This document shows positions 25,921 through 38,630 of a stretch of 64,000 nucleotides of DNA, one piece after another. This DNA comes from Octopus bimaculoides (lineage: Eukaryota). The stretch lies in the NCBI RefSeq assembly GCF_001194135.2, contig NC_068989.1, positions 57,109,665 to 57,173,664 of the forward strand, written 5' to 3'. The notes below the pieces were generated by a model. The model did not search any database and was not told the origin of the DNA. It saw only the letters and a list, made by a program, of their open reading frames with translations. How positions within the stretch are numbered: position 1 is the stretch's first letter; each line of letters begins with the position of its first letter. A program made the position numbers and the translations under genes.

Positions 25921-27163
25921 CAATCACTTCACACATACAACTACAAACATATTCAAGCAATATCTACGTGTATATGTATATAAGTATGCGTGCGTGTGCG
26001 TGTGTGTGTGCGTGTATGTGCGTGTGTTTGTGTGTGCGTGTGTGTGTGTGCATGTGCTGGTGATTGTGCCTGGATGTGGGCGAGGGCGTGTGCTTGTGAG
26101 TGTGCGCAAGAGTGTGAATGCTTGTGTATGTGTGTGTGTGTGTGTGTGTGTGTAATGCGATCGAACGGGTAAGTCNNNNNNNNNNNNNNNNNNNNNNNNN
26201 NNNNNNNNNNNNNNNNNNNNNNNNNNNNNNNNNNNNNNNNNNNNNNNNNNNNNNNNNNNNNNNNNNNNNNNNNNNNNNNNNNNNNNNNNNNNNNNNNNNN
26301 NNNNNNNNNNNNNNNNNNNNNNNNNNNNNNNNNNNNNNNNNNNNNNNNNNNNNNNNNNNNNNNNNNNNNNNNNNNNNNNNNNNNNNNNNNNNNNNNNNNN
26401 NNNNNNNNNNNNNNNNNNNNNNNNNNNNNNNNNNNNNNNNNNNNNNNNNNNNNNNNNNNNNNNNNNNNNNNNNNNNNNNNNNNNNNNNNNNNNNNNNNNN
26501 NNNNNNNNNNNNNNNNNNNNNNNNNNNNNNNNNNNNNNNNNNNNNNNNNNNNNNNNNNNNNNNNNNNNNNNNNNNNNNNNNNNNNNNNNNNNNNNNNNNN
26601 NNNNNNNNNNNNNNNNNNNNNNNNNNNNNNNNNNNNNNNNNNNNNNNNNNNNNNNNNNNNNNNNNNNNNNNNNNNNNNNNNNNNNNNNNNNNNNNNNNNN
26701 NNNNNNNNNNNNNNNNNNNNNNNNNNNNNNNNNNNNNNNNNNNNNNNNNNNNNNNNNNNNNNNNNNNNNNNNNNNNNNNNNNNNNNNNNNNNNNNNNNNN
26801 NNNNNNNNNNNNNNNNNNNNNNNNNNNNNNNNNNNNNNNNNNNNNNNNNNNNNNNNNNNNNNNNNNNNNNNNNNNNNNNNNNNNNNNNNNNNNNNNNNNN
26901 NNNNNNNNNNNNNNNNNNNNNNNNNNNNNNNNNNNNNNNNNNNNNNNNNNNNNNNNNNNNNNNNNNNNNNNNNNNNNNNNNNNNNNNNNNNNNNNNNNNN
27001 NNNNNNNNNNNNNNNNNNNNNNNNNNNNNNNNNNNNNNNNNNNNNNNNNNNNNNNNNNNNNNNNNNNNNATATAGTTTTAGGGTAAAGAACCAAGGTTCA
27101 TGAACTCATCGATGAAAATCCACTGTCACATATCCCTAATATTATTATTAGTATTATTATTAT

Positions 27164-27206
<43 letters not shown>

Positions 27207-27231
27207 ATGTATGTATACGACGGGAGCCTAT

Positions 27232-27350
27232 CAGTTTACTATTATCAGATCCCTCCACAATGCTTTGATCAACCCGGGGTTATTATAGAAAACACTTGCC
27301 CAACGTGTTACGCAGCGGGACTGAACCTTGAACCATGTGATTAGGAACAT
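27232..27350 (-). mobile_element. SINE family B, 5' half
   Basis: tcagttt..atcaga.ccctccacaa.gctttg..caaccc..tatagaaaacacttgcccaa..cgcagcgggactgaacc..aaccatgtg. Confidence 0.75.
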
Positions 27351-27704
27351 GCAACTAAAATTAGATTTTATATTTCTCCACCTTTCTTTCCTCTTGCATT
27401 CTATCTTAGCCTTATTTTCAACTTCAATTATCATTTGCTTTCTTTACATACACACACACAGAGAAGTGTATACTCACACACACGCACACTTACAAATGCA
27501 CGCAAAGGCGTATGTATTCTTTGTGAGTGCTTTGGTGTTTACGGGTGACTAATTAACTCTACTGCAGAGTAACTTGTTCTCTATAGTGTTCAGACAGGCT
27601 CGTATTTACACAAACAGATATGCTTGCAGATACATATAAGCATTTATATATGTATGTTTACAAATGTACAAACACAGACACAGACACGCGCGCACACACA
27701 CATG

Positions 27705-27741
<37 letters not shown>

Positions 27742-27967
27742 GCGCGCGCACACACATTCACACACGCAGGTACACACACGTAAATTAACTCTCATTCCAC
27801 CAGGCTTAGAAATGCGCATGCACAGTCTTTCACTCGTGATCGATGTTGGTGTGTTATGCACTAGGTTCAGAACGTAGAGATGCATTAGCAAATATTACGC
27901 ATATGTACACACGTAAACATAAATACTTGTAAATTGATCCGTTTACACACTTATGAAGGTGGCTGCA

Positions 27968-28020
<53 letters not shown>

Positions 28021-28096
28021 GTCCGTCTATCTACAACGTAACTACACGCGTGCTGTTGGCGATTTCGTTTCCATCTTTGGATTTTTCCGTTTCTCC

Positions 28097-28129
28097 TTTC
28101 CGACGAAGAGCTATGCTCGAAACGTCAAG
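28097..28129 (+). ncRNA. Minimal type I hammerhead motif (U4C), in a ~200-bp PLE-end-like element between (TATC)n and (TG)n
   Basis: UUU-CCGACGA-A-GAGC(UAU)GCUC-GAAA-CGU-C-AAG: 4-bp helix II, loop-less palindromic ACGU helix III, GUC triplet (cut after 28126), short helix I. Confidence 0.65.
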
Positions 28130-28432
28130 TTCTCTCCTGTCATCGAGTGACAAGCTAAGACATTTCTTGTGCGCATCCTCACGTCGGTTTTTTCCTTCGT
28201 TTTTTATTCATTTATTTGAATTGACTATATGTGTGTGTGTGTGTGCGTGTGTATATATATATGTGTGTGTGTGTATGTGTGTGTGTGTGTGTGTGTGTAT
28301 GTCTGTGTGTGTGTGTAAAGTATGGCATAAATATAAACACGGGAAATTTTAACCATTTCTCCGCAGTCTGGGAAAACGATAAACAACCTTAATCGATTTT
28401 CGAAACTTATGACACATATACACAGATCTTCA

Positions 28433-28475
<43 letters not shown>

Positions 28476-29069
28476 GCGTGTGCGTGTGTGTGCGTGTAGT
28501 ATTTATTTTGTGTACGACAGCTACTGTTGAGTTTAGAGTTTCTCGTAGATTATTTTCTGCCAGTTTGTTTCCTCATATAGATAGATAGATAGATATGAGG
28601 AATTACAATGAACTCAAGTATATATCTTTAGTTCTTACGTAGCTTTCACTAATGTGCTGGGTTGAAACTCTGCATTGGATGTTCTAAAAGAGATTGCATG
28701 CTTAACCACAACGGATCATCAGGGAAACACTTTATCTCATTATGCCACCTTTACTCTGTATATCATAACCAGTAATACTAAGTACCATATAGGAAACAAG
28801 TACATCTAGTTGCAAACAACTCATAAGTGGTATCACTGACCGCAGTGAAGGCCCGGAAACAAGTCGCTTGTGCAGGTGCACTGAGTCGAAAACACTGCAT
28901 ATCGGATCCCAGTAGATATCAGGTGTCATCGTGAGAGAATGCGTAATTATTCGGGGCCTTCCTTTCGATGACTTTGCAGAGCACCAGACCCTACTCAGTG
29001 ATGTGTTCGACCGATTAGTATTCGCTCTTAAATTCATTTCGGGATCATTATCACTCTAGCCAGGTTTCG

Positions 29070-29820
29070 TCATCCCTTTTCAAATGCTGGATCTCTTTCA
29101 TGATGGCGTTTGCTTGCAGATGTTTGAGGTCAATTGGTATTAGCTACAGTTCAGTCTGGTCCTATTAAAGTCTATACATTCAACTTCTACAAGAACCAGA
29201 ATTTCTACAGTCTTGTAGTAGCATCACATAACGGTCATCTTTCCTAACGTGAACTGCATTTATTTTGTCATGTGGAACAGTGAATTCAACAAAGTGTACT
29301 ATCTTACGTTCCACATACTATTTTGTTATATCTGGCTTCTTCGGTGGTATTAGAAAGAGGCCCGACAAGATCTGCTGCCGCCTCCCAATCTCCATCCCAG
29401 TTCTCGCAATTCACAGTTTCTCCTTGTGTTTTGGATAACCACTTGATCTTGCCAGACAAACGTAATAAACAGTTTGCTGCTATACTTCTGCAGCTTCTTG
29501 CTACCATTGATCATTTCTTACCGCTTCTAAGCGGCACTATAGGGAATCTTGAGGACCTCATTGTGTCTCAAGAAATATCTTTCCGATGCCATTGAGCACT
29601 TACATCAATATACTTTAGCGTTAGCGTTCTAACTTTTCCGCATGTACATTTTATCATCATTCGCTATTTTCCATCTCAGCAGATTGCGTGGGGATGGCAA
29701 TAAATCAGACGCTGTGGCTTTCAGACGAAAGCTCAACCATGATGCGCTCCACTTTCAGATCTCATTTCAACCCACCTTCCTTTCAATAACCTCTTCTTCC
29801 CACTTTAATATCTGACTTGC
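29070..29820 (-). pseudogene. HERO-like (RLE-type) non-LTR retrotransposon 3' region
   Basis: With stops and frameshifts: QILKWEEEVIERKVG*NEI*KWSASWLSFRLKATASDLLPSPRNLLRWKI..CTCGKVRTL..KCSMASERYFLRHNEVLKI..DWEAAADL..RKIVHFVEFTVPHDKINAVHVRKDDRYVMLLQDCRNSG; matches W..RKL.W..LW..SF.L...D.LPSP.NL..W, the CCHC knuckle, RH..VL and ELTVP..RK..KY..L...C motifs. Confidence 0.8.
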
Positions 29821-29951
29821 TGAGTTCATTCAATCAAATGCAGTTCCCTTTATTCTGATTTTCTAGCATTAACACAACATTTAACAGCGGTTCAGTGCTC
29901 CATCTGAGTCATCGTCGAAAATAGTTTAAATGGATTGCAACGAATAACTTT

Positions 29952-30186
29952 CTGGTCACTTTGAATTGCTCCCACTATATCTAGATGTTCAAGTGCTACT
30001 TCTATGCCATCAGTTTCCAACCCCCGCACAATTTCCTTGCTGTTTTGACATCTTGTGGATTGTCCCGTGTTTTTGTAACTAACAGCTGGACACAAAACCA
30101 TTGGTTTCTTCATAATCTCATCTGGCAAAAAGACATCTTTACCTAAAGATTTTCAGTGAGCTTCAGCTGAATCCTTTATCAACCCG
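29952..30186 (-). repeat. ~235-bp direct duplication, copy 1 (copy 2 at 31770-32003), coding-like
   Basis: Both copies translate to G-L-I-K/N-DSAEAH..KSLG.DVFLPDE.MKKPM..IVRGLETDGI..ALEH.DIV.AIQ with stops or frameshifts. Confidence 0.85.
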
Positions 30187-30585
30187 ATGATTTTCTTTGT
30201 GTTAGGGGGTTGAATTACCAACACTGCTTCAACTTATTCATACACATCTTGCGTTCATAGATCTTCAATACCACTTGGGTACTAGACATTTTACATCAAT
30301 ACATGCACTCGTAGGCGCTTCCAGTCTGCTGCGTATTCTTTTGCACAAGTCTTATTTTCTATTCCATGTCCGTATCATTTTGTTAGCTTTTAGCGCGCCA
30401 TGTTCAGATTTCTTTCCTAGTTAAATGTACAGAAGTATAATGATCGGCACACAATGGGGAAACAAAATCTAACACTAGTGACTCACGACTTTAGGGATTA
30501 TGGGTCTCACCATTAAGCACATACACTATCAATTAGCCTGCATGAAAATATCTACAACCTCACGATATCACAGACACAGACACAG

Positions 30586-30616
<31 letters not shown>

Positions 30617-31769
30617 CATACACACACACATTCACATTTGTGAGTCTGTGTTTGTGCATTACCATGTAAGTTAGTTAATAATTTCTATAGTCAAAATATG
30701 CTTCCAAGCTCGCTCGGTTATACAATCTTTGGTGACAGTTTACTTTATTAAACCCTGCTGCAAACACTGATTAGTACTTGATATATGTGTATAGCTCTGG
30801 CTGTGCATCTGTATCTCAGTGTAAACGTATTCATGTGTACATAGAAAAGGAACTTGAATAACAATTTATCCTTATCTTGAATGGCGGATATACGTTTTTT
30901 TAACATCTCACCAGTGTTTTTTTTTTACTTCATTTTTTACTTTATCTATCTTCCACCAGTTTTATCAAATACTTTATTATCTTCTATTTATTTTTTCTAT
31001 TTTAAAATTTTTTTCAGCCTCTCTCATTCTTCCATCTTTCAGCTACCGTCTGCTTTTTCCCCGTTTTCTAAGTCTTGTTTTCTAGTTTCCTTTCTCCCCT
31101 ATACATCATACGATTTATATTCTCTACTTTTCTCTTGGCTCTCCCCCTTCCATACTTGCCCTATCTTTATGGTCAGTTACTTTACTCTCCTGATTTTTAA
31201 AACTTACCACCTTGTATTGATATCCACTACCACCATCCCCTCAGCTATGAAATTCTTAGCTTTCAAGCTTCCATCGATTCTATCATACTTTTTAAACCTT
31301 TGTTTCTTTGTAGCTGTATGTCTGCAATTATTTCCACAATTCTGCTTCTGTTTCTATCTAAAATCAACATGCGAAATGAAAACGTTTTCTATCAACATTA
31401 ATGCTATAGTTCCTTTCTCTGCAGGAAATTCTAGGCATCTTTTATCTAGAGTAGTTTCCTGTTGCCTCTTCATTTAGGATTCTAGTCTAAAACATTTCCT
31501 CTAGATTTAGAAACCACTTATAACAGAAAGATGAAATGAGGCACATAGTTAAATGCCTTATTATTCATAACTCTATGAAATGACAAAAGCTAATTCATAT
31601 CTTATATTGACATTTCACCATCCCTACTATCAATGCCAAGCTCTTCTAACAGAATTTTGTCACTAAAAAAAGTCTGACACATCTATGCGTACGTTACACG
31701 TAACAAGTATGCTTATGCTACAAACTCATACAAATACACACAAAAAAACCTTACACATCACATCAAACA

Positions 31770-32003
31770 CTGGTCACTTGAATTGCTACCACTATATCTC
31801 GATGCTCAAGTGCTGCTTTTATGCCATCAGTTTCTAACCCCCGCACAATTTTCTTGCTGCTTTGACCATCTTGTCGATTGTCCCGTATTTTTGTAACTAA
31901 CAGCTGGCCAAAAAAACATTGGTTTCTTCATAGTCTCATCTGGCAAAAAGACATCTTCACCTAAAGATTTTGAATGAGCTTCAGCTGAATCATTTATCAA
32001 CCC
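31770..32003 (-). repeat. ~235-bp direct duplication, copy 2
   Basis: See 29952-30186. Confidence 0.85.
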
Positions 32004-33077
32004 ACAATGCTTCGATGAAGTCAAACTGAAACAAGAGAAAACTGTAAATGGATACTCAACTTGCACGAAATAGCAGCAAACTCACCATCAAATTACACCG
32101 CATGGTCTTAAACCTCGGTTAATACAGCGAATATGTCTGGTAGAAAAATAATATTTGATCATGGCTGGAATACCTTTGATTATACCTTTGCTCAACTAGG
32201 GCAGATCTGTAGCTATACATCACTAACCTGGACTATTCAAGACATACACATTCATCATATCATATATGAATATTCAAGACACGCATTCATCATTCATCAT
32301 ATAGACAGTAATGCTGTCGAACTTACAACCTGTGCATCAGCAATGACAAAATGGATGGGAGTGGGTCAAGTGAGGTTTGATGAACTTGAAAAATATTCTC
32401 TTTAATAGCTTTTATAAAAATGACTATTTGCGGCTTACTATTGGCACTCGTACAGTCTAACACAATAAGACAAAATTAAAGTATATATATATATATTTTT
32501 TTTTTTGCTTTTTGTTTTTTGCTAAATTCTATCATTTTTAGTTTCGGAATCCAATCTTAATGGTATCAACTGTTCATTTTCAAATAAATAAATAAAAGAT
32601 TCAATAAAAGAAATAATAAAAGTGGTGTAGAACGATATTTTTGTTTTCAAGACTGGTGATTGGTGAACTGAAGCATATGACGTTTACTTTTAAGGATGTT
32701 TATTAGAGAAGCTTGTATTAAATCAACACCGTTTATACTATATTACGTTCATAATGATGATATCGTAAAGCATGTGAATGAGCCACCAATGCGTAGAAAT
32801 ATCAGCAAAGAAAGAGCTATGGAAGTGAATGCTAACATATACAAAAACAATCAACTACACACTACTGGGGTTTTTTTGTTTGTTTTTGTCTTGAGAAAAC
32901 CACTGACATCAAGTCATTAAGAAGGTCAGCTATGATTGCAGCTATTTTCACAGAAATTCCGTTCAATAGGAGTTGAATTAGAAAATTTATCTCAAAACAT
33001 GGCGAGGAAAGACATAAGCAACTGCATTGTCAAGTTGTTTCGAGAACGGCGTGAAAGATTTCTCAAAAATAGTTTCG

Positions 33078-33178
<101 letters not shown>

Positions 33179-33184
33179 GACATG

Positions 33185-33215
<31 letters not shown>

Positions 33216-33276
33216 GTATATATATATATCTATGTATGCATATATATGTATGTATGTATGTCTATGTATGTGTGTA

Positions 33277-33651
33277 TACGAGGGCTGATCAATAAGTATC
33301 AGGACTGTTGCCATAGTAGCGAAGCTAAACCGCGCAGAGTAAAGCCGCTTGGCACAGATTTACCTTGAACTCTGCTGTGCAAAGTTGCAGAAAGTGTATA
33401 TAGAGGAGTGTATAAGCCACACACAAGTGTACGAGTAGTTCAGACGTTTCCAAGATAGTCGAAAAAATGTCGATATTGACAAAAGTTTTGGGAAACCCGC
33501 AACCAGCAGGACTGAGAAAAACATCGCTTATGTGCGTGCAGCTGTAAGGGGAAATCGTCGACTCACCATCCGTGAGTTATGAGAGGATGTGCAGATTAGT
33601 TACGGTTCAGTTCGCTCCATTATTACTGAAGATTTGGGTATGAGACGTGTG
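33277..33651 (+). mobile_element. Mariner element 5' end with transposase HTH remnant
   Basis: TA-cgagggctgatcaataagtatc TIR; 33388-33651 reads QKVYIEECISHTQVYE*FRRFQDSRKNVDIDKSFGKPATSRTEKNIAYVRAAVRGNRRLTIREL*EDVQISYGSVRSIITEDLGMRRV. Confidence 0.9.
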
Positions 33652-33794
33652 TGTCATATCCGCCATGTTTTGAAACAAATTTTCTAATTCAACTCCTATT
33701 GAATAGAATTTCTATGAAAATGGCCGCAATGGTAGCTGACCTTCTTAATGACATGATGCCAATGGTTTCCTCAATATATATATTCATTCTTTTA

Positions 33795-34095
33795 TATATT
33801 TGTTATACCTTTAGACGTTTCAGCTCAAAAGGCTGTGGCTATGCTGGGGCACTGCCAGTGTAATCAACTTTTCAGTGGCCGTTCTTATGCGATTGCCTTT
33901 TCGTGAAGAAGAGAGTTCGATATTGCTGCCCTCTTTTTAGTTTCTAGCCGAGGAGGAAGACGATGTAGGTTCATCTGGGACCTTGGATAGCAGAAGATCA
34001 AGTTATTTCTTGAAAACATCTACCCCTACTCAATGAAGATCTCTCATATTTTAGCAAGGCATCAAATAGCTGTGGTCCTCACTCTAGATGCCTTT
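33795..34095 (-). pseudogene. CR1/L2-group LINE 3' terminus (ORF end plus 3' UTR)
   Basis: Minus strand: RGPQLFDALLKY / MRDLH*VGVDVFKK*LDLLLSKVPDEPTS, the ..GP.LFN.LP..FK..LD..L..VPD.P pattern at CR1-group RT ends, followed by tail ggcagtgccccagcatagccacagcc..ctgaaacg. Confidence 0.75.
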
Positions 34096-34304
34096 AATGT
34101 GAAGTATTGCTTTTATAAAAGAATTTATTAAAGTTGTTAGTCACCGTACCTCTCTGTTTCCATTAAATTATGTATCAGGAGATGTTGTGTGCAATAAATA
34201 GGTTTTAAAGTTCCAACGATTTGCAATGGGTTTATTAATTTCTATATAATAACAGTCTGTATAAACGTTGTTTAGTTGACTGGCTTCCTGAATCACGCTT
34301 TATA

Positions 34305-34318
34305 TCATAAAGAGAAAT

Positions 34319-34378
<60 letters not shown>

Positions 34379-35030
34379 TGTAGAGAAAGAGAGACAGACA
34401 GACAGACAAGCAATAGAAAAATAGATTCCAAGAGAATTATGGAAACAGAGGAGGAAGAGGAGGGATAAGAAGTGGGGAAAGAGAAAAAGGAAGGGAAGGA
34501 AGAAGNNNNNNNNNNNNNNNNNNNNNNNNNNNNNNNNNNNNNNNNNNNNNNNNNNNNNNNNNNNNNNNNNGGGGAGAGGAGGAGGAACAGAGGGGAGGAG
34601 AAAGGGGTAAAAGAGGAACAGGCGTGAGAGGAGGAACAGGAGGGAGAGGAGGAGGAATTGGAAGAGAGGAAGAGAAGGAGGAGGGGAGAACGAAGGAAGA
34701 AATAGAGGAAGGGAAGGAGGAGAGGAGGAGGAGAGGAGGAGGAGGAAAGAAAGAGAGGAAGAGGAAGTGAAGGAGGGGTGAGAGGAGGAGGTAGAGAAAA
34801 AGGTGGAGAAAGAAGAAGAAGAAGAAAAAGAAGATAAAGAAGAAGAAGAAGAAGAAGAAGAAGAAGAAAAAGAAGAAGAAGAAGAAGAAGAAGAAGAAGA
34901 AATAGAGGAGGAAGAGGTGGAGTAAGAGGGGAGGAGAGGGAGAAGGAGGAGGAAGCGGAGGAGGAAGAAGCGGAGTAGGAAGAAGCGGAGGAGGAAGAGG
35001 TGGAGGAAGAGGAAGAGAAGGAGATGGGTG
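34305..35030. repeat. Polypurine/polypyrimidine tract (GA, GACA, GGA, GAA repeats), with a short gap
   Basis: Almost purely A/G on the + strand, including (GAA)n at ~34810-34900. Confidence 0.95.
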
Positions 35031-35344
35031 TGAAATAAATGATAAAGTAGTGATGGGACGAATTGCTCTGTAGACAAAATACAACAGTGATTGACATATT
35101 TACGTTCGCATCTGTCAGAGCGTATTAAAAATGAATATCTACTTCATTTTATTAATTTTATTTTATTTAATTTTATTTTAAGGTAACAAATATTTTTGCT
35201 TTGAAAATTGGCATTTATTTCATCGTTTCGCATATACAGTAAAGACTGTGACAAAACTTAACTCATAATTATTGTATGTGTGTTATATTTTCTGATATTA
35301 CACATGGTGGCTAAATTATAATTTGCACAAAACCCATCTTAAGA

Positions 35345-36255
35345 CGGGGAAAACTCCAGTGTATAATAATGTTCGATGTATGTGGTGAAGCTCTTGATCA
35401 ATTTGATGAGTGCTTCAGTGTTTTAATCAAATCAGACTATTTTTAGACATGAAATACATGGAGAATTATTTTCTCAGTTAAATGAATTTTCTTGGCTCAC
35501 TAAGCTTAAATTCTCCACAGATTTTTTCATTCATTGTCTTTGAATGAAATAATGAAATGAATATTAAATTTCAAGCCTTCTGACTACCTATTGAAATTGG
35601 TGTTTGGTTTGATTAAGTATTTTGAAAGTAACTCGATATATTTCAACACGAAATAAAAATGTAAAATTTACAATTAATTCCCAAGTCCACAGGAATTGTT
35701 TTGATAATGTCATTTGTATGAATATTGACTAAAATCCATAAAAAGTTAATAGAAATTGTAATGACAAGAGCTGGACAATTTTCTAGATTTTGAAGAATAA
35801 TACAGATGTTAAAATATCTTGATCAAACAGATTTCATGGATCTGAAAGTTGGTGCGTTTCAGTGATTTGATTTAAGAGTTATAGAGGTGTAGTTAGTCGA
35901 CTTCGGATCTAATTCTGTTAAAAGCAAAAATTCGTTTGTGTTTGAGGTGATGGAAAAGAAACTGGACCTAAACATAATAATAATCGAAGAAACATTCAGA
36001 TTGTCAAATTTCAAAGTTTGGAATTGTATTCCAAAGCATTTTGGTGCTCTTAAAATGGCCCCGACTGCAAAAGCACTCCAAATCATTTCCTCATCAATGT
36101 CTTCATGTAAAATATTATTCTCATTACTAAGTAATATAAAACCAACAATAACAAAAGAATTGGTGATGACTTAAATACTGCCTGCATAACATTAAGATCT
36201 ATGCGCTTTGACTCTTCCATAAAGTAGTTATCGTACCAAACACAACGGTAAAAAT
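35345..36255 (+). pseudogene. hAT transposase remnant (Charlie/Buster, GTF2IRD2-like group)
   Basis: YNNVR(W)..GEALDQFDECF..ELFSQLNEFSWLTKLKFSTDFFIH..NEMNIKFQ..ELVDF..WNCIPKHFGALK..SCKILFSLLSNIK..TACITLRS; many stops and frameshifts; fits hAT catalytic and C-terminal dimerisation region. Confidence 0.8.
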
Positions 36256-36275
36256 GTCGTTTATTCTAAGGTTAT

Positions 36276-36308
<33 letters not shown>

Positions 36309-37062
36309 TCAGATACATATACATATTCCTATGCTTACATGTACATATATAATGTACAAACACATATATAATGGTTCAGATATTGCTTACAAACACATAT
36401 ATAATGGTTTCCGATATTGCCACAAGGTCAGCAATTTAGGGGGAGGGGATGAGTCGCTTGCATCATCCCCAAGAGCTTTTACCGAGCGCCCATTTATGTT
36501 TAACTCACCTTACGTACGCTTCATTAACAAGGTGATTGTTATTTACATAATGTAATTACATAATAAAGACATATTGTCAAATCATCAGAGATATGTAACT
36601 TATTTCCTCATTAGAGTTCTCCAACTCGATTGTTTATCACCCACGACTAAATGACAATTATCTGCTAACAAAATGGGTAATTCTACATCAGCCTCCATCT
36701 TGTAATTATTTCCCCCCCCCCCCACAAATACACTCACACACACAGACAAACACTGTCGTGCACTGTTGCTGTATAGTCGACGACCCAAGGCTAGGTTTAT
36801 TGATCGTTTTGACAGTACTATTTTGTCTTGGTTCTCTAGTAACCCCACTGATCAGGTTAACTTAATGTACGTGACCATGAAACCATGAAACCGGCTGTAT
36901 TGGGTTGCATGTCATCAGAAGCGCCCGTAAGCGACTTAACATAATATATGCATGATATAGAGTTGCATACATGCATACATTCATACATACATACATGCAT
37001 ATATACATACATACATCATACATACATACATACATACATACATATACACATACATACATACA

Positions 37063-37093
<31 letters not shown>

Positions 37094-37269
37094 GTACATA
37101 CACATATCCCTTCTCAATTTCACAGATCGTTCAGTGAATACAGACTAACAGACAAACTGAGGCGTATAGGCACAAATGCAAACACTTCCACGGACATGTA
37201 GAAACATGCATATATAAACATACCCAGTCAAACTCGCATACATTCACACACGGAGACTCACGCATATAC

Positions 37270-37460
37270 AATATATATTTTTTCTTATTGGCCGCATTTT
37301 CCATCTGGTAACCTTCCAGGTGCTTACTAGAAGCTTATAAAATGGTTCTTTTCAGAAAACATGCTATCTACATCTGGAAATATAATGTATACCCGGCTAC
37401 GGTCTGCACATGATCAAAGACTGCAACTAAGTTAAAGAGACAAACTGCTGAAAAATGTAT
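37270..37460 (+). repeat. Dispersed repeat, second copy at ~41265-41460
   Basis: ccgcattt..ctggta..cttcca.gt.cttact.gaa ... ggtctgca.at.at.aa.ga..gca.ct.agttaaagagacaa.ctgctgaaaaa shared. Confidence 0.7.
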
Positions 37461-37753
37461 CTGAAACGACGAGAACATTGTTCACAATAAAAGTACAGAA
37501 GAGATGTTATTGTATTTTTTTTTAATAATCGAACTCTGAGTTATGAAAATATTAGTTGGTCACGGACGTATTTAAACTCAGAGTGTAGAAACATAAACTA
37601 AATACTGCTCTTTGTTGGCTTATTTATACCTGGACAGAAGAGATCTGTATTCATACGACAAACAGGTGATACAAGAAACTGGGATGTTCAGGCTGTTTAT
37701 TCAGCCACTGTAAACTTATATAGACCCAATCAGGATTTCATTGGCAGCTTCAG

Positions 37754-37825
<72 letters not shown>

Positions 37826-38067
37826 CAGAGACAGACAGACAAACAGACAGACGACAGACAGACAGACAGACGACAGACAGACATACAGACGACAGACAGA
37901 CAGACAGACGACAGAGAGACAACAGACAGAGAGACAACAGACAGAGAGAAAACGAGACAGACAAAAGACAGACAGTGGGGAGAGAGAGAGAAAGGGAGAG
38001 AGAGAGGGAGAGAGGGAGAGAGAGAGAGGGAGAGAGAGAAAGGGAGAGAGAGAGAGAAGGAGAGAGA

Positions 38068-38105
<38 letters not shown>

Positions 38106-38630
38106 TAATCATACAGACAATAAAGAGTTAGGTATATAGGCAATATAGATTAATACAAACAATATTAACATTCAGACACTGTGTAAACTCACAGATACGT
38201 GTACTATAAAATAAAACAAAAATAATGTGCTATGTGGACTCAGGCATACATATGATATCGATCCAGACATACACAATACAGACTTAGATACACACAAATG
38301 CTATNNNNNNNNNNATCGATCCAGACATACACAATACAGACTTAGATACACACAAATGCTATTGACCGTCATACACAACAGATACAGACTCAGTTACACA
38401 CAATATAGAGTCAGACACACACACAAACAATACAGATTTAGGTATATAAATATACACAGCGACACAAACATACACCCAGTATAGTCAATCATTCACACAT
38501 AATATAGACACACATACACATGCATACTATTGACTTCTGACCATGGCCACAGAGCATCACTGTGTCTTTTAGATATTCTCTTCGAAAGTTGCGACTGCTT
38601 GGTGCTCTGAACAAGTGTCTTCTACTGTGG

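Noticed and set aside
30881-31477. 198-aa hydrophobic ORF
   Set aside because: Pyrimidine-rich shadow frame of a purine-rich minus strand that has faint LINE-like motifs (GKYGRGRAKRK); no membrane-protein family recognised.
33941-34036. Apparent terminal exon FLAEEEDDVGSSGTLDSRRSSYFLKTSTPTQ* after a good acceptor
   Set aside because: It is the antisense of a CR1-group LINE ORF end (FKK*LDLLLSKVPDEPTS).
38257-38362. Exact 48-bp tandem duplication
   Set aside because: The two copies flank a 10-N gap; typical unmerged contig overlap.
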